From assembly GCA_963796625.1 (NCBI GenBank), contig CAWCME010000007.1, forward strand, positions 103,706 through 167,705: a DNA stretch of 64,000 nucleotides, read 5' to 3'. Below are positions 40,244 through 54,686 of the stretch, in pieces. The position numbers were made by a program, and so were the translations under genes. The DNA comes from an uncultured Actinomycetes bacterium (lineage in GTDB: Bacteria > Actinomycetota > Thermoleophilia > Gaiellales > Gaiellaceae). Below the pieces are notes generated by a model. The model was not told where the DNA came from, ran no database searches, and saw only the letters and a list, made by a program, of their open reading frames with translations. The stretch's first letter is position 1; every line of letters starts with the position of its first letter.

Positions 40244-41077
40244 CTACGAGCCTGGCGGCACGTTGTCGGCTCGTCGGGCTCGAGGGAAGGCGCGAGTTCC
40301 CGTCGGCGTCCAATCCCCGGCGCGCCACACGTAGGTCTCGACGGTGATCCGGTGCTCGTCCGCCTGGTGCACGAGCACGCCGCGCGCCTCGTTACGGCGG
40401 TGAGCTCTCGGCCGGCCGAGGCCGGGCGCGGTGGCGAGCACGCAGACGTGCGGCTCGCCCGCGATCACCTCGAACTCGCTCCGCTCGGAGACCGCTCCCT
40501 GATGGATGTGCCCGCTCAGGATCAGCTCGGCGCCGGCTGCGGCAAGGCGGTCGAGGACGCGGCTCCGGTGCGCCAGCGGCAGCTTGGTCGTGCGCCACGG
40601 CGCGCCCGCGAGCTGATGGTGGAGCACGGCAACGCGAAGCGCCCCCGGCCGGCCCCGCCGGAGCCGATCCTCGGCCTGCGCCAGCTCCGCGCCGGCGACG
40701 CCGCCGCCCTGGTAGCCCCACGGCCTGACCGAGTTGAGGCCGGCGACCTCGAGCGCCGGCGATGAGTAGGCCGGCGTCGTCGTCGTCCACTGCCGCTCGA
40801 ACTCGAGGAACGGCCTGGTCAGGCGGGCGGGGGGGAGCATCGGGATGTCGTGGTTTCCGGGGACGACGAGCAGGGGCGGTCCGAGGCCGCGGAGGTACCG
40901 GGCGGCTGCCTCGTGCTCGCTGCGCAGGCCGCCGTGGGTTAGGTCGCCGCTGGCGACCACGAGCTCGGGCTCGACCCGCGCCACGAGCTCGCCGAGGGCC
41001 CGTTCGAGCGCCGGTTCGTCGAGCCCGTTCCGCGCGCCGAAATGGAGGTCGGACACGTGGAGGATGCGTGATGACAC
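40244..41077 (-). CDS. Calcineurin-like metallophosphoesterase
   Basis: ILHVSDLHFG, ASGDLTHGG, VPGNHD, VLHHQL and LSGHIHQG form the complete metallophosphoesterase motif set. GTG start at 41077. Confidence 0.85.
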   Translation of the reverse strand: MSSRILHVSDLHFGARNGLDEPALERALGELVARVEPELVVASGDLTHGGLRSEHEAAARYLRGLGPPLLVVPGNHDIPMLPPARLTRPFLEFERQWTTTTPAYSSPALEVAGLNSVRPWGYQGGGVAGAELAQAEDRLRRGRPGALRVAVLHHQLAGAPWRTTKLPLAHRSRVLDRLAAAGAELILSGHIHQGAVSERSEFEVIAGEPHVCVLATAPGLGRPRAHRRNEARGVLVHQADEHRITVETYVWRAGDWTPTGTRAFPRARRADNVPPGS

Positions 41078-41346
41078 CGTCGAAGCAGGCTACAGTGAGC
41101 ACCGTGAGAAACGAGTCGGCCAACGAGATCTTCGACGATCTCTACCTCGGCGTCCGTGCGGGCGGCGCGCTCCGCAAGCAGCGCCGTGGCGAGCCCCTGA
41201 CCGCCGAGGAGGCGGAGGCGCTCGGCCGCTGGCAGCGGCTCTCCGCCTGGCGCAAGGGCGTCGCGATCGGCGGCTTCGCCGTCGGCACCTTCGGGCTCGG
41301 CTTCACCCTCGGCGGCCTCGTCTTCGGCCGCTGGCGCAAGGCGTAG
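41071..41346 (+). CDS. Hypothetical small protein with C-terminal transmembrane segment
   Basis: The ATG at 41071 gives [55 protein letters not shown]. Its start region overlaps the divergent phosphoesterase start by 7 nt. Confidence 0.45.
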   Translation: MTPSKQATVSTVRNESANEIFDDLYLGVRAGGALRKQRRGEPLTAEEAEALGRWQRLSAWRKGVAIGGFAVGTFGLGFTLGGLVFGRWRKA

Positions 41347-41461
41347 ACGATTCGTCCGATCTGCGGAGGGCCGCCGTTTCCGGCCTCGATTTGCTCGGCC
41401 TTTCCGGGTCGACTGCGAGGTGGGGCACGAACGCCTGTTCGCCAGATACAATGGCCCACTC

Positions 41462-44314
<2,853 letters not shown>

Positions 44315-44321
44315 CCTTCCG

Positions 44322-44576
44322 GTGGTGACCGACGCGCTTCCACAGCCCCGCCCGACGCAGATGAGCGCGCGCGATCGTCGCCGCGTCCTGATCGGGTTGG
44401 CGGCGCTCGCCCTGCTCCTGTTCGTCGGCGGGGCGCTCGCCTACGTCGTCGACTTCCGGCACCAGCACGTCTGCCCGGGGGGCAAGCAGTGGATCGCGCA
44501 GGGGATGGACGGCATGGGCGCGCTGACGTACCTGTGCCCCGACGGGGTGACGGTCACGCAGGGGGTCGCTCCCTGA
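44322..44576 (+). CDS. Hypothetical membrane-anchored small protein
   Basis: 84-aa ORF with one transmembrane segment (VLIGLAALALLLFVGGALAYVV) and two Cys residues in the extracytoplasmic tail. Confidence 0.4.
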   Translation: MVTDALPQPRPTQMSARDRRRVLIGLAALALLLFVGGALAYVVDFRHQHVCPGGKQWIAQGMDGMGALTYLCPDGVTVTQGVAP

Positions 44577-44630
44577 CGCGAGAGCCGGCCGAGGCCCGTC
44601 GCGTGGGGCCCGAGAGCCCGGGCTGAGGCC

Positions 44631-45230
44631 GTGCGCGAGTGGTGGCTCCGGACGGCGCTCGTCCTCCAGTCGCCGCGGGCCGTCTTCGTCGCGTTGCGGC
44701 AGGACGATCCCGAGGACGTGGCGTCGCGGTCGGAGCCCGTGCTGCTGATCGTGCTGCTGGCCGGGATCGCGTTCGTCCTCTCGACGGGAACCGCCGCCCA
44801 CCTGATGGACGATCACGACTTCGACGGGATCCTGGTCGCCGTCTGGGCGTTCCTCGCCGGCAGCCTCTACGGCGGCGTCGCCTACTGGGTCCTCGGCGGC
44901 GCCCTGCACTGGGCCGTCACGGCGCTCGGCTCGCAGGGCACGTTCGTCCGCAGCAGGCACATCCTCGCCTTCGCGGTCGTCCCGGTCGCGCTCTCCCTCG
45001 TCCTCTGGCCCGTGAAGCTCGCGCTCTGGGGCTCCGACCTGTTTCATCGCGGCGGTGCCGACGCCGGCGCAGGCGGGACCGTGCTCGCCGTCCTCTGGCT
45101 CGGGTTCGTCGCGTGGGCGGCCGTCCTGCTCGTGATCGGCGTCCGCTCGGTGCACGGCTGGACCTGGGCCAGGTCCTGCGTGGCCGCCGCCGTGCCGATC
45201 GCCGCGGGTGCCGCGATCCTCCTTGCCTGA
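44631..45230 (+). CDS. Yip1-domain-like polytopic membrane protein
   Basis: 199-aa ORF with five hydrophobic segments. The N-terminus WWLRTALVLQSPRAVF resembles Yip1/YIPF bacterial members. Family call is tentative. Confidence 0.55.
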   Translation: MREWWLRTALVLQSPRAVFVALRQDDPEDVASRSEPVLLIVLLAGIAFVLSTGTAAHLMDDHDFDGILVAVWAFLAGSLYGGVAYWVLGGALHWAVTALGSQGTFVRSRHILAFAVVPVALSLVLWPVKLALWGSDLFHRGGADAGAGGTVLAVLWLGFVAWAAVLLVIGVRSVHGWTWARSCVAAAVPIAAGAAILLA

Positions 45231-45348
45231 CCCGGCGGCCGGCTTCCGGCTGTCCATTTCCGGCAGCTCGCGCCGCCGCGTCAAACGGTGTCCGGAACCG
45301 GGACGTGGCCACCCACGGTGGCGGCTCGGCCTTGGCCGTTCCCGCCCG

Positions 45349-46248
45349 TTAGGCGCGGCGGCGTCGGGCGAGCTCGGACTCGAAGCGGGCGAGCTCGTCC
45401 GCCGGGATCGAGTAGGTGTGCTGCTCCTCGGGGAACGAGCCGTCCCGGACGTCGGCGACGTAGCTCTCGAGCGCGCCGCGGATCTCGTCGGCCAGCTCGG
45501 CGTAGCGCTTGACGAACCGCGGCGTCGGCCCGGCGTACAGCCCGAGCAGGTCGTGCCAGACGAGCACCTGCCCGTCGCAGCCGGCGCCGGCGCCGATGCC
45601 GATCGTGGGCACCTCGAGCGCCGCCGAGATCCGCTCGGCGACCTGGGCCGGAACCGCTTCGAGGACGAGCGCGAAGCAGCCGGCGTCCTGCAGCGCGAGC
45701 GCGTCGTCGAACAGCTTCAGCGCAGCCTGCGCCGTGCGGCCCTGCGCCCTGAAGCCTCCGAGCTTCGTCGCCGACTGGGGGGTCAGGCCGAGGTGGCCCA
45801 TCACCCCGATGTTCGACTCCGCGATCGCCCGGACGCGGGAGACCATGCGCCCTGCGCCCTCGAGCTTGACCACGTCGGCGCCGCCCTCCTTGACCATCCG
45901 GATCGCGCTGCCGACCGCCTGCTCGTCCGAGATCTCGTACGTGCCGAAGGGAAGGTCGCCGACCACGAGCGGCCGGCGGGCGGCGCGGGTGACCGCCCGC
46001 GTGAGGAAGATCAGCTCGTCGAGGGTCACCGGCACGGTCGACTCGTGGCCGAGCATGACCATTGCAGCCGTGTCCCCGACCAGGATCAGCTCGACGCCCG
46101 CCTCGTCGGCGAGGAGCGCCGCCGGCGCGTCGTAGGCGGTGACCATCGAGATCCGGTCGCCGCGCCGCTTCATCTCGCCGAGCTCGGGCAGCGCGAGCTT
46201 CCCCGGAGCCGGGGTCGACGGGCCGGGCGCGCGCGGGCGCGTGCTCAG
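45349..46248 (-). CDS. panB: 3-methyl-2-oxobutanoate hydroxymethyltransferase
   Basis: ISMVTAYDAPAALLADEAGVELILVGDTAAMVMLGH.., GDLPFGTYE, KLEGAG, GVMGHLGLTPQS and IGIGAGAGCDGQVLV. The only start-like codon upstream in frame is a CTG at 46248, which overlaps the panC stop (CTGA). Confidence 0.85.
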   Translation of the reverse strand: MSTRPRAPGPSTPAPGKLALPELGEMKRRGDRISMVTAYDAPAALLADEAGVELILVGDTAAMVMLGHESTVPVTLDELIFLTRAVTRAARRPLVVGDLPFGTYEISDEQAVGSAIRMVKEGGADVVKLEGAGRMVSRVRAIAESNIGVMGHLGLTPQSATKLGGFRAQGRTAQAALKLFDDALALQDAGCFALVLEAVPAQVAERISAALEVPTIGIGAGAGCDGQVLVWHDLLGLYAGPTPRFVKRYAELADEIRGALESYVADVRDGSFPEEQHTYSIPADELARFESELARRRRA

Positions 46249-47025
46249 CGGGGATCCCCTTCCAGGAGGACGTTGTCGATCAGGCGTGTCCTCGCCGAGC
46301 CGGGCGGCGACCGCGAGCGTCGGGCCGTCGAGGTCGGCGACCGCGACGTACTCGGGCTCGACCCCGGCCTCCGCGAGGACGGCACGCGCCTGCGCCGGAT
46401 CGTAGGTCGCGAGCGCCCGCGGGATCGCCAGCGCGCGGGCCCTCTCCTCGGGCGAGAGGAGAACGTTGCGAGACGAGAGCGCGAGGCCGTCGCCGTCGCG
46501 GACCGTGGGAACGACGCGGATCTCCAGCTCGAGGTTCAGGTCGTTGACGAGCTGCTTGACGACTGCGACCTGCTGCGCGTCCTTGCGCCCGAAGTAGGCG
46601 AGCCCGGGACGGACGATCGCGAACAGCTTCAGGCAGGCCGTGGCGACGCCGCGGAAGTGGCCCGGCCGCTGCTCGCCTTCGAGCCCCAGCGCGGCGCCCC
46701 CCGGATCGACCCAGGTCGCGAAGCCGGGCGGGTAGAACTCGTCCTCCGAGGGGGCGAAGACGAAGTCGACCCCCGCGGCGGCTGCCACGCGCTCGTCCCG
46801 GAGGAGGTCGCGGGGGTAGCCGGCGAGATCGCGCGCCTCGGAGAACTGCGCCGGGTTCACGAACACGCTCGCGACGACCACGCCGCACTCCTCGCGAGCG
46901 GCCTCGACGAGCGCCAGGTGGCCCCGATGCAGAGCGCCCATCGTCGGCACGAGGCCGATCGTCGAGCTCCCGCGAAGAGGGTCGAGCGCACGCCGCAGCG
47001 CGGCAACCGTTCTCACTGTCGTCAT
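46245..47025 (-). CDS. panC: Pantoate--beta-alanine ligase; one frame break near 46290
   Basis: MTTVRTVAALRRAL..GLVPTMGALHRGHLALV..VASVFVNPAQF.., GHFRGVATACLKLF, YFGRKDAQQ, and SSRN. The true tail ..TRLIDNVLLEGDPR* is one frame off from the rest. Confidence 0.85.
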
Positions 47026-47166
47026 CTCGAGCTCCAGTTCCGTGGCGCAGATACCGGGCACCGCCAGGATACCGGCCGGCTCCGTCCGATGCGAGGCGCA
47101 CGATGCGAGCGTCATGCGTCGTCGAAGCTCAACGGCCCTCGAGGCCGTTGCTAGTCTGAGTGCCGG

Positions 47167-47381
47167 ATGCCGATCTACGAGTACGTCTGCATGAGCTGCG
47201 AGTCGCACTTCGAGGAGCTCGTCCGGAACGACGAGACCCCGCCGTGCCCCGACTGCGGGTCGAAGAAGGCGAAGAAGCAGTTCTCCGTGTTCGCGGCACA
47301 CGGCACCGGCCAGCAGCCCAGCTTCGGCGGCGCCTCCGGGGCGGCTGTTGTGGCGGGAGCTGTGGCTGCGGCGGCCATTGA
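47167..47381 (+). CDS. FmdB-family putative regulatory zinc-ribbon protein; one frame break at a G4 run (47338-47341)
   Basis: MPIYEYVCMSCESHFEELV..PPCPDCGS. The family-typical tail GGCCGGSCGCGGH* is present one frame off (ORF 47160..47381). Confidence 0.75.
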
Positions 47382-48039
47382 GGGCTCGAGCCGCGAGGCG
47401 GCGCTGGCCGCGTTCGCCGACGCCGTCGCCGGCTGCACGCGCTGCCCGCTTTCCCAGACGCGCACCCAGGTCGTGTTCGGCTCCGGCTCGCCCTCGGCCG
47501 ACCTGATGTTCGTCGGCGAGGCGCCCGGCTTCCACGAGGACAAGCAGGGCATCCCCTTCGTCGGCGCCGCGGGCCAGCTGCTCGGGAAGCTGCTGGCGGG
47601 AATCGGGCTCACCCGTGACGAGGTCTTCGTCGCGAACGTCCTCAAGTGCCGCCCGCCCGGGAACCGCGACCCGCTCCCGGAGGAGATCGCCGCCTGCGAG
47701 AGCCATCTCTTCCGGCAGATCGAGCTGATCCAGCCGAAGGTCGTGGCGACGCTCGGCAACTTCGCGACCAAGCTCCTCTCGGGCAAGCCCGACGGGATCA
47801 CCCGCGTCCACGGCCGCGAGCAGGAGGTCGTGCTCGGCGGATCCCGCGTGCTCCTGTTCCCGATCTTCCACCCGGCGGCCGCGCTCTACACCCCGCGCAT
47901 GCTCGACGTGCTCCAGGCCGACTTCGAGCGCCTCCCCGAGCTGCTCGGGCGCGAGACGGCCGTCCAGCCGCCGGTCCCGGCGGCCGCCCTCGACCGGGCG
48001 CCCGAGCCGGCCGTCGCGGTCCAGCTCGGCCTCTTCTAG
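47350..48039 (+). CDS. Family-4 uracil-DNA glycosylase
   Basis: CTRCPLSQTRTQVVFGSG..LMFVGEAPGFHEDKQGIPFVGAAGQLL..VLKCRPPGNRDP..HPAAALY. The start is taken as the in-frame GTG at 47350; a GTG at 47362 is equally possible. Confidence 0.8.
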   Translation: MAGAVAAAAIEGSSREAALAAFADAVAGCTRCPLSQTRTQVVFGSGSPSADLMFVGEAPGFHEDKQGIPFVGAAGQLLGKLLAGIGLTRDEVFVANVLKCRPPGNRDPLPEEIAACESHLFRQIELIQPKVVATLGNFATKLLSGKPDGITRVHGREQEVVLGGSRVLLFPIFHPAAALYTPRMLDVLQADFERLPELLGRETAVQPPVPAAALDRAPEPAVAVQLGLF

Positions 48040-48103
48040 CCGTCGTCGCCGGCGCAACGTTGCCGCCGCGACCCGGCGAGGCTCGTGGCGTGCACCACGA
48101 AGG

Positions 48104-48589
48104 ATGCTCGGCCCGGCGCGGCGGGCGGGGCTCGACGCCTATCGTGCGGAGGTGGCGGTGATCGAGGCGTTCACGACCGGGTCGGCGGCGGAGACGGAGG
48201 CGCTCGGCGCAGCGCTCGCGGCTCGGCTACGGCCCGGGGACGTCGTGGCGGTCGCCGGAGAGCTCGGGGCGGGGAAGACGACGTTCGTCCGCGGCGCCTG
48301 CCGGGCGCTCGGCGTCACCTCGCCGGTGACCAGCCCGACCTTCACGATCGGCCACCGCTACCCGGCGCCGGTGCCGGTCGCCCATCTCGACCTCTACCGC
48401 CTCGCCGGGCTCGGCGCCGGCGAGTGGGGCGATCTCGAGCCCTACTTCGATGGCACGATTGCGTTCGTCGAGTGGCCGGAGCACGGTGGCGACTGGCTGC
48501 CGCCGCTGCGCGCGACCGTGACCCTGGCCCACATCGACGAGCTCCACCGCAGCATCAGAGTCGACAGTGACGACGATCCTCGCCTTTGA
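48104..48589 (+). CDS. tsaE: tRNA t6A37 biosynthesis ATPase TsaE
   Basis: SAAETEALGAALAARLRPGDVVAVAGELGAGKTTFVRG..VTSPTFTI..HLDLYRL. A GTG at 48158, 5 nt after GGAGG, may be the real start. Confidence 0.85.
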   Translation: MLGPARRAGLDAYRAEVAVIEAFTTGSAAETEALGAALAARLRPGDVVAVAGELGAGKTTFVRGACRALGVTSPVTSPTFTIGHRYPAPVPVAHLDLYRLAGLGAGEWGDLEPYFDGTIAFVEWPEHGGDWLPPLRATVTLAHIDELHRSIRVDSDDDPRL

Positions 48590-49140
48590 CACCGCCACGA
48601 CGAGCGCCACCTGCGCGCTCGTCCGCGACGGCGTGCTCCTCGGGGAGCGCCTTGCCGAGGCGAAGTCGGTGCTGGCCGCCGCCGACGAGCTCGTCCGGGC
48701 GGCGGGCATCGCCCCCGAGGCGATCGACGCGCTCGTCGTCGGTACCGGCCCGGGCAGCTTCACCTCGATCCGGATCGGCCTCGCGACCGCGCGCGGCCTG
48801 GCGCTCGCCCTCGGCGTGCCGGCGGCCGGCGTCTCGACGCTGCAGGCCTTCGGCGGCGGCCTGCCGGTGATCGACGCCCGGCGCGGCGAGGTCTTCACCG
48901 ACGGCCCCGCGGTTGCCTCGCCGTCCGAGCTGGACGTCGCCGGCCGCCTGCTCGTCGGCGACGGCGCGCTCCGCTACCGCGAGCTCTTCGAGGCGGCGGG
49001 CGCGGAGATCCCGCCGGATCGACGACCCCGCGCACCTTCCCGCCGCGCACCGCCTGGTCGAGCACGCCGGCTCCTTCGGCGACGCCGACGCGATCGAGCC
49101 GCTCTACCTCCGCGCCCCCGACGCGAGGCCGAGCCGGTGA
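48567..49140 (+). CDS. tsaB: tRNA t6A37 biosynthesis protein TsaB; one frame break near 49020
   Basis: TILAFDTATTSATCAL..VVGTGPGSFTSIRIGLATARGLA. The tail ..EPLYLRAPDA is in ORF 48913..49140. Confidence 0.8.
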
Positions 49141-49597
49141 CCGCCGTCGCGATCGAGATCCGCCGCCTCGGCCTCGGCGACCTGAACGCGATCGACCCGA
49201 TCGAGCAGCGCGCCTACCGGACGCCGTGGTCGCGCTCGATGTTCGCGTCCGAGCTCGGCAAGAGCAGCTCGATCTGCCTCGGCGCGTTCGAAGGCGACCG
49301 GCTGATCGGCTACGTCGTCAACTCCCGCTACGTCGACGCCTGGCACGTGATGAACGTCGCGGTCGACCCCGACTACCGGCGCCGCGGCATCGCGACGCGG
49401 CTGCTCCAGCATCTGTTCGAGCGACCCGCGACGACCAGCGCCGCGGCTACACGCTCGAGGTGCGCGTCTCGAACGGGGACGCGATCATCCTCTACGAGAA
49501 GCTCGGCTTCGAGCGCCACGGCATCCGCCGCGGCTACTACACGGACAACCGCGAGGACGCGCTGATCATGTGGCGCGACGCCGAAACCGGGGTCTGA
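49137..49597 (+). CDS. rimI: Ribosomal-protein-alanine N-acetyltransferase; one frame break near 49430
   Basis: IGYVVNSRYVDAWHVMNVAVDPDYRRRGIATRLL, then ..YTLEVRVSNGDAIILYEKLGFERHGIRRGYY (ORF 49226..49597). The GTG at 49137 overlaps the tsaB stop. Confidence 0.8.
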
Positions 49598-49604
49598 CCC
49601 CTCG

Positions 49605-50569
49605 GTGATCCTCGGGATCGAGACATCGTGCGACGAGACGGCGGCCGCGGTCGTCGACGGCGCCGGCGAGATCCGGTCGAGCGTCGTCGCCTCGCAGGCC
49701 GACCTCCACGCCGCCTTCGGCGGGGTCGTGCCGGAGATCGCCTCGCGGCGCCACCTGGAGCTGGTCACGCCGGTGATCCGGGAGGCGCTCGGCGCAGGCC
49801 GGCGCCTCGCTCGCCGACCTCGACGCGGTCGCGGTCACGGCGGGCCCCGGGCTGATCGGGGCGCTGCTCGTCGGGCTCGCGGCCGCGAAGGCGATCGCCT
49901 GGGCGCGAGGGCTGCCGCTCGTGCCGGTCAACCATCTGCACGGGCACGTCGCCTCGCTCTACCTGCAGCCGCTCGATCTCGAGCCGCCGTTCACCTGCCT
50001 GCTCGCAAGCGGCGGGCCACACGCTGCTGCTCGACGTCCGCGACCGCTCCTGGGCAGGGAGCCAGCGTGCTCGGGTCGACGCTCGACGACGCCGCCGGCG
50101 AGGCGTTCGACAAGGGCGCCCGCCTGCTCGGGCTGCCCTATCCGGGCGGGGCCGAGATCGACCGCCTCGCGCGCGACGGCGACCCTGACGCCTACGACTT
50201 CCCCGTCGCGCGGGTGCCCGGGCTCGACTTCTCGTTCTCGGGGCTGAAGACGGCGCTCCTCTACGCCGTCCGCGACCTCGGCGAGGCCGAGCTCGCGGCT
50301 CGCCGGGCCGACCTCGCCGCGAGCTACCAGCGCGCGATCGTGCGCGCGCTCGTCGAGCGGGTCGAGGCGGCCGGCGCCGAGCGGCTCGCGATCGTCGGCG
50401 GCGTCGCCGCGAACTCCGAGCTCCGCGCCTCGCTTCCCGGAGGCGGTCGCGGCGCCGCTCGCGCTCTGCACCGACAACGCCGCGATGATCGCCTCCGCCG
50501 GCCCGCTACACGGCCCCCGTCCTCGCGCCCGAGTACCTTGCGCTCGATGCGTTTGCTTCGGCGCCCTGA
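49605..50569 (+). CDS. tsaD: tRNA N6-adenosine threonylcarbamoyltransferase TsaD; at least four frame breaks
   Basis: [26 protein letters not shown].., [14 protein letters not shown].., VNHLHGHV (ORF 49921), [23 protein letters not shown].., [16 protein letters not shown]. The inferred end is ..[12 protein letters not shown] at 50569. Confidence 0.85.
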
Positions 50570-53048
50570 GCTCCGGCTCGCCCTCCTCGCCGCGATCGGC
50601 GCGGCGGCCGTGCTCACCGTCCGCTCCTCCCACACCCCGACCGGGGTCGCCCCGCCGCCGACGACCGTCGACCTGGCGCGGGCTCGTCGGCGACGTCCAT
50701 CCGGCGGTCTCGCTCGGCAACCAGGCGATCGTCGTCCTGCGGACGCCGTCGGTCGCCCAGCGGCTCGCGGGCGGGAAGCTCGCGACCGAGCAGGACGAGC
50801 GGCGCTGGGCGGCGCGAGGCCTTCGCCGCCCAGCAGCAGGTGCTGACCCAGCTTGCCCGGCACGGCCTCGCCGTCCGGCCCGACTACAGCTATCGCCCGC
50901 GTGCTCGACGGCTTCTCGGCCCCGCTCGACCCCCGGGCGGTCGCAGCTGCTCGAGCACAACCCCGAGGTGGCCGGGCGTCTACCCGGTACGGGCCGCCTT
51001 CCCCGCCGCGATCTCCGCCTCGGCGCTCGGCGCCGGCGCCGGCGCGCAGTCGCCCGGAACCGGCGTCGGCGTGCCCGGGCTCGACGGCAGCGGCGTCTCG
51101 ATCGCGCTGCTCGACACCGGCGTCGACCGCGCCCAGCCCTATCTCGGCGGCAGGGTCGAGCCGGGGATCGACATCGTCGGCGGGTCGGACACGGCCGCCG
51201 CGCAGCGCGAACCCGCAGGATCGCGCGGCAGGTCGAGCGTCACGGCACGGAGCTGGCCGGACGTGCTCGTCGGCGTCGGACGGCCCGGACGGCATCCACG
51301 GCGTCGCGCCCGGCGCGACCGTCCTGCCGATCCGCGTCGCCGGCTGGCAGCCCGCCGCGAGCGGCCGCGACGCCGTCTACGCCCGCAGCGACCAGCTGAT
51401 CGCCGGGCTCGACCGGGCCGTCGACCCGAACGGGGACGGCGACACGCACGACGCCGTCGCGGGTCGCGCTGATCGGGGTCGCCGAGCCGTTCGCGGCGTT
51501 CGCCGACAGCCCGGAGGCGCAGGCCGTCAGCGGCGCGCTCGCCCTCGACGTGCTGGTCGTCGACGCCCGCCGGCAACACGGGCCCTGCCGGCCCGCTCTT
51601 CGGCTCGATCGCCGGGCCGGCCGGCTCGGCCGGGGCGCTCGCGGTCGGGGCGATCGACACCCGCCCGACGACCTCGACCGTCCGACGTCGTCCTCAGCCA
51701 GGGGCTCGCCGTCCTCTTCGACGGCACGCTGCCGCTGCTCGACAGCGCCGCCGCCGGAACGCGCGCTCGACCTGCCGGTCGCGCTCGCGCGGCCCGGGAC
51801 GTCGCTTCGACGGGAAGCGCGGCGCTCGTCGCCGGCGGCAGGAACCCGGTCGCCGCGGTCTGCCGCCGCCGTCAAGGCGGGCGCCTCCGCCGTCCTCGTC
51901 TACGGCGCGCCAGCCGCCGCCCGGCGCGCTCGGCGACCTCGGCGTGCCGGTCGTCGGGGTCAGCCCGAAGGCCGCGCGCGTCGCCGCTCTCCACGATCGC
52001 GCGCCGGCTTCCAGGTCGTCCGCCGCCGCTCGGCGGTGCGGCGACCGGCGCCGAACGGCGAGCTCGGGCGCGTCGCGTCGTTCTCCTCGCGCGGCCTCTC
52101 CTTCGGCGGGGTGCTCGCGCCCCAGCTCACGGCTCCCGGGGTCGGGATCGAGACCTCCGACTCCTGGCTCCGACGGCCGACGGCGAGCCGGCCTTCACGA
52201 CGGTGACCGGGACGAGCGTCTCGGCAGCCTCGGTCGCAGGCGCGGCCGCGCTGCTCTTCCAGGCGCGCCCCGGCCTGACCGCCGCCGACGCTGGCGAGCC
52301 TGCTCGTCGGCTCGGCCCGGTCCTCGGGCAGCTCGCCGACAGCCGGCGGGGCCGGGACCGTCGACGCCGGCGCGAGCGCGATCGGCGAGGTGGCCGCCTC
52401 CCAGACCTCGCTCGCCTTCGGGCTCTGGACAGGCGCCGCGCTGGCATGCCCGGCGCGTGCTGACCGTCCGGAACGTCTCGAGCCGGCCGCTGACGCTCGC
52501 GCCTCTCGTCGAGCTCGGCGCTCGTCAGCGTGGCAGCCCTCCGGCCTGATCCTGCGCCCGGGCCAGACGGCGCGGTGACGGTGACGGCGCGCCTCGCCAC
52601 CCGGCCCGCCCTGGCGGTGCGTGACCGGGACGGTCACGGCCGCGCCTCGCGGGGGCGAGCGGCTGCGGATCCCGTGGGTGATCGTCTTCCGCCCGCCGTC
52701 GGGATCGCTGCTCGGCGCCGCGAGCATCGCCCCGCAGGCCTTCGCGCCGTCCGACCAGGCCCCGGCCGTGCTCCGGGTCGTCGCGGGCCGGGTCGCCGGC
52801 GCCGCCGCCGTCGAGATCGAGCCGGTCGCGCGCCTCGACGTGCTGCTCTACAGCTCGACCGGCGCCTTCCTCGGCGTGCTCGCTCGACCTCCGCGACCTG
52901 CTGCCCGGCACCTACCGCTTCGGGATCACCGGCCGCGGGCCGGACGGCGCGGTGCTCGCCCCCGGCAGCTACGAGATCCGGCTCGTCGCCTGGCCGGCGC
53001 TCGCGGGGAAGCCGAGCCGGGCGCAGGATCGCCTTCCGGATACAGTAG
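50547..53048 (+). pseudogene. Secreted S8 (subtilisin-like) serine peptidase, read through many frame breaks
   Basis: Signal peptide [23 protein letters not shown]. Triad motifs are IALLDTGVD, HGTELAG and TVTGTSVSAASVAGAAALL. The pieces are scattered over ORFs 49605, 50485, 50840, 50853, 51550, 51944, 52530 and 52621. I could not find an intact frame longer than a few hundred nt. Confidence 0.75.
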
Positions 53049-53075
53049 GCACAGCGGAGAAAACGGAGGCACACG

Positions 53076-54368
<1,293 letters not shown>

Positions 54369-54429
54369 TGACGCCGGCCCGGGCGGCGCCCGGCAGGGAA
54401 CGAGGCTCGGATCGAAGACGGTCACCCTC

Positions 54430-54655
54430 TTGGTCGCGGCGACTGCCACCTCTGCGAGCGGGCGCGCGAGGAGCTCGAGGCGATGCGGGACGAGCTCGGG
54501 TTCGAGGTCGCCGAGGTGGACATCACCGGTGTGCCGGAGCTCGAGCGAGCGCTACCGCGAGTGGATCCCGGTGATCGAGGTCGACGGCGAGCGGGTGTCG
54601 CGTCTACCGGGTCGACGAGGTCGCGCTGCGGGGCGCGCTGGGCATCGCCGGGTGA
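54430..54655 (+). CDS. Glutaredoxin-like small protein (DUF836 type), frame-broken; start uncertain
   Basis: ..TVTLLVA / GDCHLCERAREELEAMRDELGFEVAEVDITGVPELER / YREWIPVIEVDGERVS / YRVDEVALRGALGIAG* is read across three frames. TGA stop at 54653-54655. Confidence 0.55.
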
Positions 54656-54686
54656 CACAAACTCCGCGCGGAGCGGCGAGTTTGTG
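54656..54686. promoter_or_regulatory. Nested inverted repeats between the glutaredoxin-like stop and rex
   Basis: CACAAACTC (54656-54664) and GAGTTTGTG (54678-54686) are perfect complements. The 12-bp palindrome CTCCGCGCGGAG (54662-54673) lies inside. TTGTGA and CACAA resemble Rex-operator half-sites, but their arrangement differs from the consensus. Confidence 0.35.

Noticed and set aside
47131-47149. Hairpin AACGGCC-CTCGA-GGCCGTT 18 nt upstream of the FmdB-type gene
   Set aside because: This is a 7-bp stem in a GC-rich genome with no U-tract and no recognisable riboswitch context. It could be chance.
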